Shown piece after piece: positions 18,223-46,779 of a stretch of 64,000 nt of DNA; the first letter of the stretch is position 1; each line of letters begins with the position of its first letter. The position numbers were made by a program, and so were the translations under genes. The notes beneath the pieces were generated by a model. It saw nothing but the letters and a program-made list of their open reading frames with translations. It was not told where the DNA came from and did no database searches. Location of the stretch: NCBI GenBank assembly GCA_963693365.1, contig CAVNZM010000009.1, positions 4,599,146 through 4,663,145 of the forward strand, given 5' to 3'. This stretch comes from Amoebidium appalachense (Eukaryota; Protista; Ichthyosporea).

Positions 18223-19694
18223 ACTGCCGCCTATACAGCAGCGACCGCCAGTCTTACCGCGTGCCTTGCGATTCTGTTTGCCACGGCGGTGCGGCACTAC
18301 ATGCGGCCCGGCAGCATGTCCATCGTCCAGTACTTCCCCGCCTACATCTGCGCCTCTGACATCTTCATGGCCGTCACAACCATGATCGCTAACCTCCCCT
18401 CGTGCAAGGAACCATTCAGTGAAATAGGAAATATACCCCTAGGGTGGGATAGGCTCGGGTTTATGTGGCATACGTCTGTCTTGTGTAGTACGTTTTCTAC
18501 TGCGTGGGTTGCGTTTGTGCTACTGCGTACTCTTAAAGGCGACAAACCGTCCAAGCGATACTATCTGTTTTGCCTTTTTCTATGGTTGGTGCCTATACCC
18601 CTTGTGTTTACACTCCCCGTGCATTTTTTCGGTATGTTTGGTAGAAAAAGGGACAGGTGTGGGTTGCAGCACAGCAAAACGCTGCTCGTGCTGTTGAGTG
18701 TGGTTCTACCAATGGGATCCCTCCTGTTCGGCGCCTTTTGCCATATAAGGGCAATGCTACTCCTCGTAAAATCAGTACAGATGCGAAGTTCCATTATCAA
18801 CCAGCCTCAACAAGCATCTAACCGTCGCACACTTATGAGTTTGGCCGGTGGGAAAAACAACCGCTCGCCGCCAACTGACGTATTGAGAAGGGGGGCTTCG
18901 TTTTTGCGAAACTCGGAATCGCAATCTGTCGTGCGGAGGGGAACTCAACCCATGCCTAGTTCCGATATTGGGATTGAGGGAACCGCGGATGTTTCGGAGG
19001 ACTCGATGGCTGGGAGCAAGCAGGGTGAACAGCTGATAGAAGATTCGAGCGCCGACCCCATGCCCTTTCCGGGTAATGGTGGGGATGGCGCCGCAGGTAG
19101 CCGGGGATGCAAGGTAATACCCGAGGTATGACTTTAAATTAGGTTCTTCTTTTCTTTTCTCTTCTCTTTCTTCCTTTCTTCAATTCTTCTTCATTTTCTT
19201 TTTCTCCTTTTTTTTTTTTTTTTTTTTTTTTGGGGGGGGGGGGGGGGATACTGACTTACCAAGGTCATTTTCTCCATGGAACACCCTACATTCTAGATTT
19301 TCAGCGGACGGGGTTTTTCGTTTCCACAATTCATTTGATTCTTCTGCGAAGGTGGCACGGTTGTTCGGCTGTGTTTTTGTGCATGGTGTATGTTTGCTCT
19401 TGGGGGGACAAGTGAGGGAGGAGGGTTCTACGCAGTTTTCCGAATTCTGGATACGATTTTGATTCTCGTTTTCCAACCCCCCCCCCCCCCCCCCCCCCCC
19501 CCTCTCTTCAGCCCTTCACCGAGTGGGTGAGCACATGTAGTGGGTGGGTGGGTGGGTGGGTAGGTAGGCGGGTGAGGGCCGGGGGGAAAGCGGAGGCCCG
19601 GGGTTTAAATTGGGCGGGGGTGGGGAGTGGACGGGGGTTTCGGGAGGAGGAGGGAGAGGAGAGGGCATATTTACTTTGGTGGGAAGGGAGGTGT

Positions 19695-19725
<31 letters not shown>

Positions 19726-20336
19726 GGGTTTACCTACGTCCCTAACTACTAGGAGCGCCTTACAATATGGACATCGGGGGGGGGGGGAGGAGGGGGGGGG
19801 GGGGGGGGTTACATATCCGGGGCGGGGCTGGAGGGGGAGGTGGCGGTGGTTGAGAGAGGGTAAGGGGCGCGGGGGGAGGGGAGGGGGGGGGGGGAGGAGA
19901 AGCGGAATGGTTGTATTTCTATGTATGCATCCTGATGTGACAACAGATTCCCCTGCAGATGCTCAAGTGGTGGGGGGGCTCTATTCTGCGCCATCCACCC
20001 ACCAACCGTGACATTCCACTGGCGTCTGTGGGGAGCATGGAGTCGGGCAGCAACCTCCCTACATCCATAATTATGGATTCGGATAAGGAAAAACAGGAGG
20101 CAATGCAGAGGCTGGCGGTATTTTTCGTGTTTTTTGGACTCGTTTTTTTCGTTCAGTGGCTCCCTTACTGCCTGTACATTGCCTATTCGGTGGTTGGTGG
20201 GTGCACGAATGTGCCACTGGCTTTTGTGCAGGCGATTACAGTGAATTCTGGGGGGGTTTATGATGCTCTTTTGTATGGGGTCTTACTGTGGCCGGAGCAA
20301 ATTAGGCATCCTCCCAAAGTGAGGCAGCACGTTTGA
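18223..20336 (+). CDS. Host 7TM receptor, cAMP-receptor/Git3-like GPCR (exons ~18223-19125 and 19959-20336; 5' structure unresolved)
   Basis: Five hydrophobic helices (including ICASDIF) then a long loop; phase-0 GT..AG intron; TM6 FFVQWLPY and TM7 NSGGVYDALLYG. An in-frame TAG lies at 18220. Confidence 0.75.
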
Positions 20337-22374
20337 AAACCAAACGGTGCTTTCTGTTGGTGTGGCCGGGTAGGGAATACTGTATACCCAGTTTTTTTTT
20401 TTCTCCTTCTTTTCCTTAGATCTGCCGTAGCTTATGATTAGGGTATGCATTGTGGCAGTGGTTGTGGTCCGTTTTGGATATGTTTGACCTTGTGGTGTAC
20501 GTTAAAAGTTTTGAAAGATACTCATATTGTTCTGTACAGTTTTCGGGATTCCATTTTTCGTGTATGAATTCAAAATTTGTGCACTGCAACATTCCGTGTG
20601 AGTTCTGTTGCTTATCGACAAACTGTTATTTTTGCCGTTAGCCCGCCCCTGGCAGGAAAAGTTGGTTTACACAAGTCTTCTTAGAACCAGATAAGATATG
20701 TGTGAGGTGGATGCATTAATGAACGTGAGCGCCTTTGGAAGCTGAGGGTGTGTGTGTGTGTGCGTGATGTTGCCATTCAGTCAAAGAGAGGCAAGGGGAG
20801 GAGGGGGGGAAGGCGGGGGGGGGGGGGGGGGGGGGAGGAGGGGGGGGACGATAGGAGAGGGGGGAGGGGGGAGGGGAGGGGGAGAGGGGGGCCAAGGAAA
20901 GGAGGGGGAAGGCGGGGGGGGGGGGGGGGGGGGGGAGGGGGCTTGAGTGTGTGCCTGGAGAGAAGCACTGGTGGGGGAGGGGAATGCTCTTGTCTGGGAT
21001 GACGGGTTGTAGCCTGTGTGTCTTAAAGGGGGGGATGGGGGGGGGGGGGGGGGGGGGGGGGGGAGGGGTGTGGAGAGAGAGAGGGAGAGAGAGAGAAAAA
21101 GAAGGGGATATGGGGAAGGGATGGAGGGAGGGAGGGAGGGAGGGAGGGAGGGAGGGAAGGAGGGAGGGAGGGAGGGGGAGAACCGGGGGGCGGGAGGAGG
21201 AGAAGGAAGAGTCCGAGAGAGGTGGGGGGGGGGGAGAGGGGGGGGGAGAAGGGGGGACAGAGAGAAGAGAGAGAGAAAGATAGTGGGAGAGAGTGAGACA
21301 GAGAGAGAGACATAGTGTGTGTCACTTTATTCTATCTTAGGGCCAAAAAAGTGCATCAGCCCACAATGGCTGCCGTGAATACATACCCGTAACCACTATG
21401 GTTCCCATGCATAATATTATCAATACTAATATCATCAGTGGCAGTACTAGTGCACTCTGATACAACTTGGTCCCTTGAATATCTCCCCTCCTCCCTCCTA
21501 ATCTATTTTGTGCTAAATTAGGCTACGACAAATTGTTCACAAGTAATCCAACCTAGCAGTTCATGTTGCGTAGTCTCTGATAAGGTGGCCTAGTTGTTGC
21601 AGGACACACAGAAAAACACAATTACAGAATGCATGCAAGCAAACCCGGTCATTGCCATACGACTGGAGGCTAAGGACTGGCAGTCATTTGGAAAGCTCCC
21701 CGACGACCAAGTAGCCGCCCCTCCACTCACGCAGCGCAGAAGTAGCTGAAGAAGCTGCTGCAGCCCACCGCCAATAGGTCGCGTAGAAGCGTAGACAGCG
21801 TGTAGAAGTTACCATAGGTTGCAGTGGACCACCAGGCGTTGAAGAAACCACTGCTCATACGAGAAACTCCGCGAAAGGGAGATGCCCCCACACTCTCACA
21901 GCAGTAGGAATACACCAGGCCACACCACACACACGCTGCAGTCACGTTCCCCTGAGTGGGACTCCCTCCCACCACAAAAAGAAGAAACGAAAGCCTTTAT
22001 ATACCTGCCATGGTGAAGAATCGGGAAAAAAAGTTGACGTGACAGCTAAGAGATCAAAGTGAAAGTGAAGCACGAGTTATCCTGTAACAAATGCATAATG
22101 ATACCTGAACACTGTGTGAAAATCATATAAATACTCAATGTGACGACCAGCAGAATTCAACAAAAAGTCTAAAGTGTTCACATTGCCAGCTAGTGTAGCA
22201 GACGCCCGTAGGGAAAGTGGCAAAACGCGACATAAAACTCACACCTATCAACATGCTTTCGATAAAAAAGTTCAGCACAAAAGTGGCACCAGCGGCGATG
22301 GAAACAAGAATTACAACGCCACTGCACAACTTCCCAGGCAATATCAACATCAGAGCACCATACAGACTTATCAA

Positions 22375-23776
22375 CTAGGGTGGTATCCATGGCCATACGT
22401 ACAGCAGGAGAAATGTATCGAACCAAAGCTCCCAAAAAGCGATAATGATCAGTACGGTGTTGCCTAAGGAACATAACACATGCCGACTGAGTTTTACCTT
22501 TGATTTCTCTATCAGAACGAGAAAGAAACTTATACTGCGTATGGTAATAACTCGAAAAGGCAGAAAAAAGAGGAAGAGAAAAGAAAGAGGGAGTGAGATA
22601 TAGCGAGAGGAAGAATCAGGTTGAAAGAGGGTTGGCTGAGGACATTCAGAAGTGGCGTTGGTGAATCGGGGGGGAAGAGGGATGGAGGGAGGGGGGGGAA
22701 AGAAAGCATAAAGAGGGTGATCATCAGGTATCCTAACTAAACGAAAACAAAAACGAAGAGACAATTCCTCCATACGACAAACAGCAGACGACAATCCAAA
22801 CATACTGATTAAGGGAGGCACAAACCGAGTATGAAACAAAGTGCGCAGCGCAGTACGTATACCCTGAAAATCGTCAAACTCTTTCAGCGCCACGGCCGCC
22901 TCGCGAGGTGGGTCGCAGGCCAATAGTGGAAGTCCGTATTCGAAAGTCGGCCGCAAAAAAGTTTTATAGTAGAGAAGAAGGTTCGCAGGATGGATCACAG
23001 ACTCCCGTTGAAACATATTGACACGATGTGAAGTAATTACCCTTCGCACGAGCAATCCGTGCAGTGAGGAGCTTGCGAAAATCAATACCCCGTGCAGTAA
23101 AAGGAATACCCAAATAGTCATAGGTGCTCTGAACAGGAATAGGAAGATCTAAAGAAGCGTTTTTCGAAAAAGTAGCACACTTTGCAATTCCGACTGTCAT
23201 GAGATTCTCGGTGCACCATTGGGGTTTACACACTTTGTAATCCACCTGACGAATTCGAATTCGAAGCATCTGGTGCATGACGTCTTCGGTTAAGGAACAA
23301 AGAACAATATCGTCCGCAAAAAGAAGACCCGGTACACGGCGGGTATGCAGTTGGCCAAAAGGTTCGAGGGCGCAGGCTAAATCGTCGATGAAAACGTCAA
23401 ACAACAACGGACTCAGGAGGGACCCCTGCAGAAGACCCCGAGAACGAGAAAAACCGGGCGTTCATGTTCCATTGACCGCCGCTCGTCCGCGAGTGGTATC
23501 GAACAGGGCTTGCAGAAGACGGCCAAAGGGGGCTGGTAAGCCCCGCATAGCCAGCTTATGCCATAACAAACCAGTGGGTACGGTGTCGTAGGCGTTCTTA
23601 AGGTCGATGAAGACAACGTGCGGAGACAGAGCCAGAAGTAATGGATTCATGGAGTAACAGGCTTGTGGGTACCGCACGAATAGGCATGACGAAAGCCCCC
23701 TTGAAGGGAAGACTGAAGACGGAACACGGAAATTTTCTTTGAGATATCTGCAATATCTCCTATTCTGCATGAGCAC
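22375..23776 (-). mobile_element. Degenerate non-LTR retrotransposon (LINE) reverse transcriptase
   Basis: Frameshifted pieces: FIDLKNAYD, GLLQGSLLSP, FIDDL, LLFADD, YDYLGIPF, RPTFEYGLPLL. Confidence 0.9.
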
Positions 23777-24837
23777 ATCAATAGAGTCGTTTTATAAAAA
23801 GGCAAAAAAAAAGTTTTTTTGGAACGCTTGTCTGCTGGCTTTGGTATAGGGAGAAAGAGAAAGGCACAGATCCAATCATTAGCCAGCCAATCATTCACAG
23901 GGTCACTCACTGCTCGAGGGTGGCTCTGCCAGTGCACAGGCGCAAATTTTGAAATGCTTTCCCGGTAAGAATGATTTCGCTTTTGAAAGCGCCGCATAGC
24001 CAGTAAAACAGAAAATGAAAGGCCATAACTTAAAAATTACAAAAATAGTTGAAACATTTCCGATATTTGTATCTTGAAGTATTCAATCTGCATTTTTTAA
24101 TAGGCCCGATTCTGCCATGCTGAATTATCTGCACGAGGTTCACGAAGAAAAGTTTTGGAAAACGTAAACTTCCCGGATTTGATATATAGTTTCGAGCCCT
24201 GGACACCGTTCAAATTCCGCTGATCGGCAGCCGGGGTCGTGCGTGCGATGCCGCTTTGTACATGTATGTACAGCCTGAGGCCTCCGGGCAAAAAAAAGTT
24301 ATGCAGCCCTGTCTGTCTGGAAAGTAAACTCGTAAAGCTATAGGAGCCCACGTACGCGTAGACCTTTATAAATTGGCTTTTGTAGGTGACGAAAAAAGGC
24401 TGCAGGATCTTGCTCTTTTTTCCCCTTTCTACAGTGTTACCTGTGTTAAGTTCGTAATGCCTGTTGTTTTGAGGATTTACTTGACAGCGACTCTCGCTCT
24501 ATTTGGAGGAAAAGGTGCCCCGTGCACACTTGCACGTGAAGTGCCCATTCGCCCACGCAGCAAACACACGCGCGCACACGTGCCCACGAGCACACCCCAC
24601 TGACACGTGCATAGGCACCCACACACGCGCACACAACTCACTCTAGGATTTTCTCACATAAGAACAGTACGCAAATCCACACACGATTTTCTACCGTGAA
24701 AATTCTAAGGACGGGTACTATTAAGGAAAGGTTCATTTTGCGCAAGCCTGTCTACTTGCCAAAATTAGTCACTCAATTTTGATACCTTTCCAATTCGCTT
24801 TGCTCTTTAGATTTCGGGTCTTCCTCACCTGTGTAAA

Positions 24838-39582
<14,745 letters not shown>

Positions 39583-40707
39583 GTCACTTAACGTGCTACT
39601 CGCACAGCTCGACTCTGGGCCACGCATGGCCGATTGTATTGTCCTCCCCCCCCCCCCCCCCCCCCCCCTTCCTTCCCCCACCACCACACACACATTCCAT
39701 GCAAAGTTGCTGTCCCGGTTTTCCTTAAAATTTTCCTATCTATCTGGGGTTTTTTTTACACTTCCTTCTCAACGATGGCCAGGCCTGGTCTTATTTATGG
39801 CTTAAGATGTTCCTTTTTTAACTTAGGGGTGGGTTGTTTGCCTTTTACTGTATGCTTTCCAGTTCGTTTCTGAATACTTGTTACTGTTAACGTTGCTGTT
39901 GTTATAGCAGGAGTCTAGTGTACACGTAGCTGGGTGTATTTAATTTAACGTCGAGCTCACATGCAGCATGTTTGCATGTGTGCTGCATATGCATTACCTG
40001 TAGTTCGTATTATATATATGTAGTCGCGTTTGGAAGAAGCAGTGTTTCTTTAAGTTGTAACGTTGTAGGTGCTTCAAAAGTTATTACATAAATACTTTTC
40101 TAATCCATAACTTCAATGGTCACAATGGGGGTTTCAGGCCTGGGTGAAAATGTACCCTGCGTGAGTTCTTTTGGACATGTGTCAGAAGAAAGCTCAATTT
40201 GATCTTTTATGTGTGTTGTATACATGACATGCCGGGGGGACTATGACTTTCCACCGTGTCGGGAAGAAAATAATAAATTGAAAATGTTCATCGTTGTGAC
40301 AGTGCAATAAAGGCAACAGGGCAACAGGATATACTGCTACGAGCACAGCACTTGCCAACCGTCGGATCATGAAAGCATGTGGGGGTTCGCCTCCCACCTT
40401 AGCCTCTGTAACAGTTTCCGTCATCCAAATTGTAACAGACGTTCAATTTTAGACAGGTTCTCAGGCTCCGTGGTTTCCACACACACACATACACACACAA
40501 CATTTGGAGCACATGGCACATGGCACGCAGACACATGTGTGAGAGATCTAATTTGAGAGACAGCGGTTGAAGCCTGACACTGTTCGGATGATCTCCCAAC
40601 CCACCTGCCATATATGGGTAAAGATGTAGACGTTGGAATGCGATTGCACACCCCTTATTGCAAGGGGGATTGCTATGGCCGGGTTCATCATACAGATATA
40701 CTAGTTG

Positions 40708-40847
40708 CTAAGGTCCGTCCCGGTGAAAACGGGAGGTGCTTGCGAGAGCCCGGGCATCTTCGGGTTCAAGGTAGGAATCGATTTGTTTCACTAGCTCAGG
40801 CGGGAGGCGTGCAAAGGGGCCCGATGGTGGGGAGGGAGAAGGCCGCG
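40708..40847 (-). pseudogene. F-box-like exon fragment
   Basis: FARLPPELVKQIDSYLEPEDARALASTSRF follows an AG acceptor, but a stop comes soon after. Confidence 0.5.
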
Positions 40848-40858
40848 CTGTGTGTGTT

Positions 40859-40902
<44 letters not shown>

Positions 40903-41043
40903 TGAGTGAGTGTGTGTGAGTGTGTGTGAGTGTGTGTGTGTGTGTGTGCGCGCGCATGCGTGTGTGCGCACGCTTTTGTGTGTGTGTGTGTGTGTGCGTG
41001 CGTGTGTGTATGTATGTGTGTGTGTGTGTGTGTATGTGCGCGC

Positions 41044-41077
<34 letters not shown>

Positions 41078-41243
41078 CTGTCCTGGTTTGTGTCGCACGT
41101 GCGTGCACATGTGTTTGTGTAAAAATGGGGGTTCGTTAGTATATACTGGTTCAGCCTTCGTGCTTCTTTTGTTTTTGTCTTCTTCTGCTTCTTCTTCTTC
41201 TTCTTCTTCTTTTCAGGGGGGTAGGGGAGGGAGGGAGGGGGGT

Positions 41244-41304
<61 letters not shown>

Positions 41305-41797
41305 CTGAAGAGGGGGGGCAATGGAAAACCGATATGAACTCAGCAGAGAACAGCAGCATGTATTCCGTGTGAATAACAAGACATGTGCAATCAACCACAA
41401 TGTGTTCTGAGGGTGTTCAAGCTGCTAGGCCTCGGAGAATTAATAGGCGGAAGATGCATCCGGAGGGGGAAGAGGGGGGGGGGGGGGGAGGGGGGGAGGT
41501 GATGTATGCATTAGGGGGTTGGAAATTGGGGGGGGGGGGGGGGGGGGGAGAGGGGGGGAGGGGGGGGAGGGGACGGGGGGAGGGGGGAAACAAAAGGAGC
41601 CAAGCATACCAGCACGTCCAAATGATGCTTACACGCAGAATAACAAACATTGAGGCAAGCGTGCTCAAGTGTGCCACGGTACACGCATGACTTCCTTTTG
41701 CTATCGGCCTTGAGTCAACTCACAAACATTCACCTGCTCCCCTCTTCTCCCCCCCCCCCCCCCCCCTCCCTCCCCCACCCACCCAACACCACCACCA

Positions 41798-41869
<72 letters not shown>

Positions 41870-41872
41870 ACA

Positions 41873-41909
<37 letters not shown>

Positions 41910-41942
41910 ACATACACTCACTCACACGCAGAGATCTGAGAT

Positions 41943-41995
<53 letters not shown>

Positions 41996-42088
41996 AACAC
42001 GAACACACAAACACACAAGAACACAAACACAAGCGCACACACACACAAAGACACACACACACCTCCAGACCCCCTCCTTCCTCCCCCC

Positions 42089-42119
<31 letters not shown>

Positions 42120-42747
42120 AAAAAAAAAAAGAAAAACTGACAAAAAAAACAACAAAAAAAACAAAAAAAAACACGCACACACCAACAGCAACAACAACAA
42201 CAAGAGCAACTCAACCACAACCACTACACATTCCCGTCCGTTTCCTTCCCCTTGTCCCCAACCACTCGTCACGCAACACCACTCCCCGCTAGTAGCGAAC
42301 TGACGATTTCTGACCATATTGAGTAGACATAGCAATTCAAAGCCAAGTCATGAAACTGTGCAGAATTGAGCACAAAGACAGCTTTGCAATCTCTTCACTT
42401 CTCAAGCGGAACAGAGTGCCAACCATGCCAGAAGGAATTCGAAGGAGTAATACCAATTTAAGGAGAAGGTTGGTGACTAGGCCGTCAGGCAAAATTCTTT
42501 TGAGAAGGAAAAAATGTATGTGCTATAAGGAGTGGAGACGGTGATGAAAATAGGCAATGGGCTTGCGTATGATTGTGAGCGGAAAGATGTGTTTGCTGCT
42601 TAGAAGCCTCAGAGCAGATGCACATTCGAGGGGAACTCGTAGTGACATCGGTGCACTGTTCTGCAGAATAGAACCAGCCAGGTGGCACAAGCACAACAGA
42701 AGAGATCAAGGAGATGCCTGCTTACGAAGAGGCATTTTATTTTGGGG

Positions 42748-42787
<40 letters not shown>

Positions 42788-42864
42788 GGGGGGGGGAGGC
42801 AGACAATCACGTAGAGAATTCCTTAGCCTACAGGACAAACCTTTGAAAGCCGATGTAATGTAAC

Positions 42865-43815
42865 ATGCCAAGCGCTTGCATTGGCACAACACATTGCAAG
42901 CGCAAACTATCGGTCATGTCCCACGTCCCGGAGACCATGCTAGCCACCGCATTCAAAACCGTGGGCAACGCGCGCAGGATGATGAGCGAGGAGGATGCCC
43001 TAAACCTTCTCCTCAAGTGGTCCCAGGTTACCCGCGAGCCCCTCCCCATAGATCTCCTGCGCGCAGTGAAACTTCCATTCCTGCCCGACCAAGAAATCGA
43101 ACAACTCAGATCTCTGGAGGCAGACCACCCGAGCAAACAGAACATCGAGCGGGCACTGGCATGGTAAGCAGCTGCGCAAGGTGATCTCAGAGGGGGGACG
43201 CATGCCAGATACGGACCAGCTGGAGTGGCCCCTCCACTGGCTGATTCCGCCCCACGTGTGCTCCCTCACTTGGCCGGTGTGCAAACCCATGGACATCAAC
43301 TCGACGTATAAGGACACGTTCACCTATCACGGCTGCAACTTTTCCGTCCTCTACAAGTTCGCGGTCTCTGAGAAGAAGAAGCCCCCGCATTCGCCAACCG
43401 CCCCCCAGCTATGAAGACCTTGCTCCCCCGGCCCCCCAATCATGGCGCAGACCCGATAGACCTGCACCCACGTGATGCTGTGCTCGAGGTTACACTGAAA
43501 TGGGTGGCGTCAAATTCGAAGTACAGTCCCTCAGGTACCGAGCTCCACGCGTGCTCTTATCTATCCGCCAAGCTAGACACCATTGAGCCGGTCGAAACCA
43601 CATTTGGAGGGAAATGGGTGACGAAGAAAAAAAAGGGGGGGAGAATAGGTCGCCAGTCATTACGACATTTACGTTCGGGCCAAACATGGGAGGTGAGGAG
43701 GAGGCCAAGAGCGTCTGGGATGCTTTTGAAGGGACACAGGGAAAGACACTGTCGTTCGATATGCAACTCTTTTTCAAGAGGACTGAGCCCAAAAAGCAAG
43801 AGTGACAAGGAGTGA
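42865..43815 (+). pseudogene. Disrupted BACK-domain (BTB-associated) gene
   Basis: SEEDALNLLLKW...LLRAVKLPFL matches the BACK C-terminus; coding-like sequence continues through frameshifts (WPVCKP..DTFTYHGCNFSV, possibly MATH-like). Confidence 0.55.
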
Positions 43816-43899
43816 GTGATGCTGCTACATACCAAGGCAGGCGCTAAAATGCAATTCTTGTGCTGGGATCAAAGTCTAATGTTTGAAACGTGTGTGTGT

Positions 43900-43936
<37 letters not shown>

Positions 43937-44424
43937 GACCGGGGTGGGGAGGGGTTTTGTGGTGGTGGTGGTGGTGGTAGGGGGGGGGGGGGGGGGGGAG
44001 GGGGGAGGGGGGAGGATTTTCCTTGGCAAAAGCGATTGTGTTGTATTTTTTTTTCCTTTTTAAGTCTCTCTCTCTATAATATTTATCTGTGCTTCTCTAC
44101 CTTTCTGTTTATTTTTATGTGTGTGTTTTGGGGGGAGGGTTGGGGGGGGGGGGGGGGGGGGGGGGAGGGGGGGGGGGGGGGGAGGGGAGGGGGGGAGGGG
44201 GGAAGGGAGGGAGGGGGGTCCAAGGAAGGAAGGATAGAGTTTTGGCGCCCGTGGGAGGGGCGGATTGCTAGTTAGGAGGTATTGTATTAGAAACGTTTGG
44301 ACCGTCGCGATGTGTGTGTGTGCGCGCGTGCTTGCTTGCGTGCGTGTGTGAGTGTGTGTGTGTGGATGCGTGTGTGTGTGCGTGCGTGTTTTTGTGTGTG
44401 TGTAAGGATAGGTGAGAGGGGGAG

Positions 44425-44492
<68 letters not shown>

Positions 44493-44850
44493 GGGGGGGA
44501 GTTAGAAATGCCAGGGAGATTAGTGCACGCTTGTGGGTGAGATGTAGTAGCAATTGTGGTCATGGGGGTCAGTGGATATATATGGCCGGTGCGCTGGGCA
44601 TGTGCAGGTAGTACAAGTGAAATCTGGAGGGTCGGGTTGGACATGAATGCGTGATTTCTCGTTGAACGGCTAGTACCAATATTGAAAGCCACATATCAAT
44701 ATTAAATCTTGATGCAAGTTGTGGCAATGAATGCATACATTTGTAAAGCATGATGGTGGGGAGATGAAAGTGTATCATCTTCTGTAATCTGGTATATTCT
44801 CTGCCTGTAATTTGATACTATCGTATATGCCGGTATTATGTTGATGCATA

Positions 44851-44917
44851 CATACTACCGATTGGTATGTACTACGATGATATCATACTACCGATTGGTA
44901 TGTACTACGATGATATC
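44851..44917 (+). repeat. 33-bp tandem duplication
   Basis: CATACTACCGATTGGTATGTACTACGATGATAT x2. Confidence 0.9.
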
Positions 44918-45650
44918 ACCTGTGATTGCAGCACGCAGGATAATAATATTTCAATGGTGAAATAAACAGCGATTTTGAAATGTTAACAGTTGTGGAATGC
45001 TGTTGCCCATCGATCATGATATCGATCAGATTCGGAGCCCTCCTTCACTTTCTCGATTTAAATCTCCTGTTGTCACTCTCTTGACATGTACAAACTCAGT
45101 AAATTTTTCTATGCGACCGTTTTTCCAACTGTTAAGCATGCCCTTGAATTTCCCCTGACTACAGTACCAGCACCTACACATGCCTTAGCAAATAATAACT
45201 TCAGCTACACACAGATCATTCACTGCCTTAAACTTCGACCGAAGCATCGGGGGGGGGGGGAGGGGAGGAGGAGGGGGGCGGGGGAGGGATTTTAAATATG
45301 GGAAGGTTAATTTCAGTCCAAACATTTCTCGGATATCCAGACCTCACGTTACCAGACGGCCGCTCCTGAAACTTGGGCATCATGGCATTTCAATGGCAGG
45401 TGTTCATTTTATTCATTCCAAATCTTCTTGGTAATGGTGGATGTGGCCGGCGTGTACATGGCAAAAAATGTGTGTGTAGGGGGAAGTGTTGGTGTTCCGA
45501 TGTGACGTATGCCTGTGGGTGATGCGTGGGTTGTGTGCACGAGTGCACATGTGCGTCTTTGTGTGTGTGTGTGTGTCCGTGTCTGTGCCTGTGTGCGTGT
45601 GCCTGCCTGTGTGTGCATATGTGGGTTGTGTGCACGAGTTTGAAGCTTTG

Positions 45651-45736
<86 letters not shown>

Positions 45737-45785
45737 CTGCCTGTGTGTGCCTATGTGGGTTGTGTGCACGTGTGAAGCTTTGTGC

Positions 45786-45834
<49 letters not shown>

Positions 45835-45882
45835 CTGCCTGTGTGTGCATATGTGGGTTGTGTGCACGAGACGGTGAAACTT

Positions 45883-45957
<75 letters not shown>

Positions 45958-46402
45958 CCATTCGTGCAGTGCTCAGATCGAATACCCAACGATTTCAGTC
46001 GTCAGCAATACACACGACAGGTCAGGCCGTGTAAACAGTAGCACTGCAGCTCGGGCCTCCGCACCACTGCCCCCCCCTCCCCCCCCCCCCCCCCCCCCCC
46101 TTCCCCCCCGTCTAAACCCCACCTCCTATCCTTGTACTAGGAAGTTTCAGAAAAAGCATTTTACATACAGTTGCTGCCTTTCAAGCAGCAGTAGTTTTCT
46201 TATCGTTTCTTTATCAGTCAACGCCACAGCACTGCCGGGCATCACAACAACCCCAACAAAATAAGAGATTTTTGTAACGGCTGGGGCACCTACCCCTACC
46301 TCGATTTACAACTACATTGCCAAAAATGCATACGTTCATCACATTCGTTCACTACACTTAGTGGTCTGTGTTCCGCATCCTTTCACCTCGACGTTGATGT
46401 GC

Positions 46403-46687
46403 TCACATGTTCATCTTTGCACGCCATGCGGCCGGGCAGAGGTCAGCACACATTTCCGTGCTCATGTCGCTGTTGCATGAAGCCAGAGAGGAAGTTTCAT
46501 CAGATTCGGAATTCACGTGTTTGCGCCACACAGCAGGGAAGAGCGCACAGTCTACTCCTTGGGCCATGTGCTCTTCATCATCACTGTTGGTGGATGGGTG
46601 GTGGCGCCAGGCAAGGGGGTGCGTGTCGTCGAGGGGGACGTTAGTAAACACAGCACCACAAACAGGAAGGCTGACAATAGCGGCCAT
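46403..46687 (-). CDS. Small orphan protein (94 aa), paralog of 50068..50340
   Basis: MAA start; PVCGAVFTNVPLDD, DCALFPAVWR and DLCPAAWRAKMN align with the 50068 ORF. Confidence 0.8.
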   Translation of the reverse strand: MAAIVSLPVCGAVFTNVPLDDTHPLAWRHHPSTNSDDEEHMAQGVDCALFPAVWRKHVNSESDETSSLASCNSDMSTEMCADLCPAAWRAKMNM

Positions 46688-46779
46688 CTTTCCTGCGTTG
46701 GACACGGAAAAAGCGGAAACAAACGGTTTTCTTTGAACCGAGTGCTGCTGTTTCGACTTCGTTGATGCGAGGACTGGTA

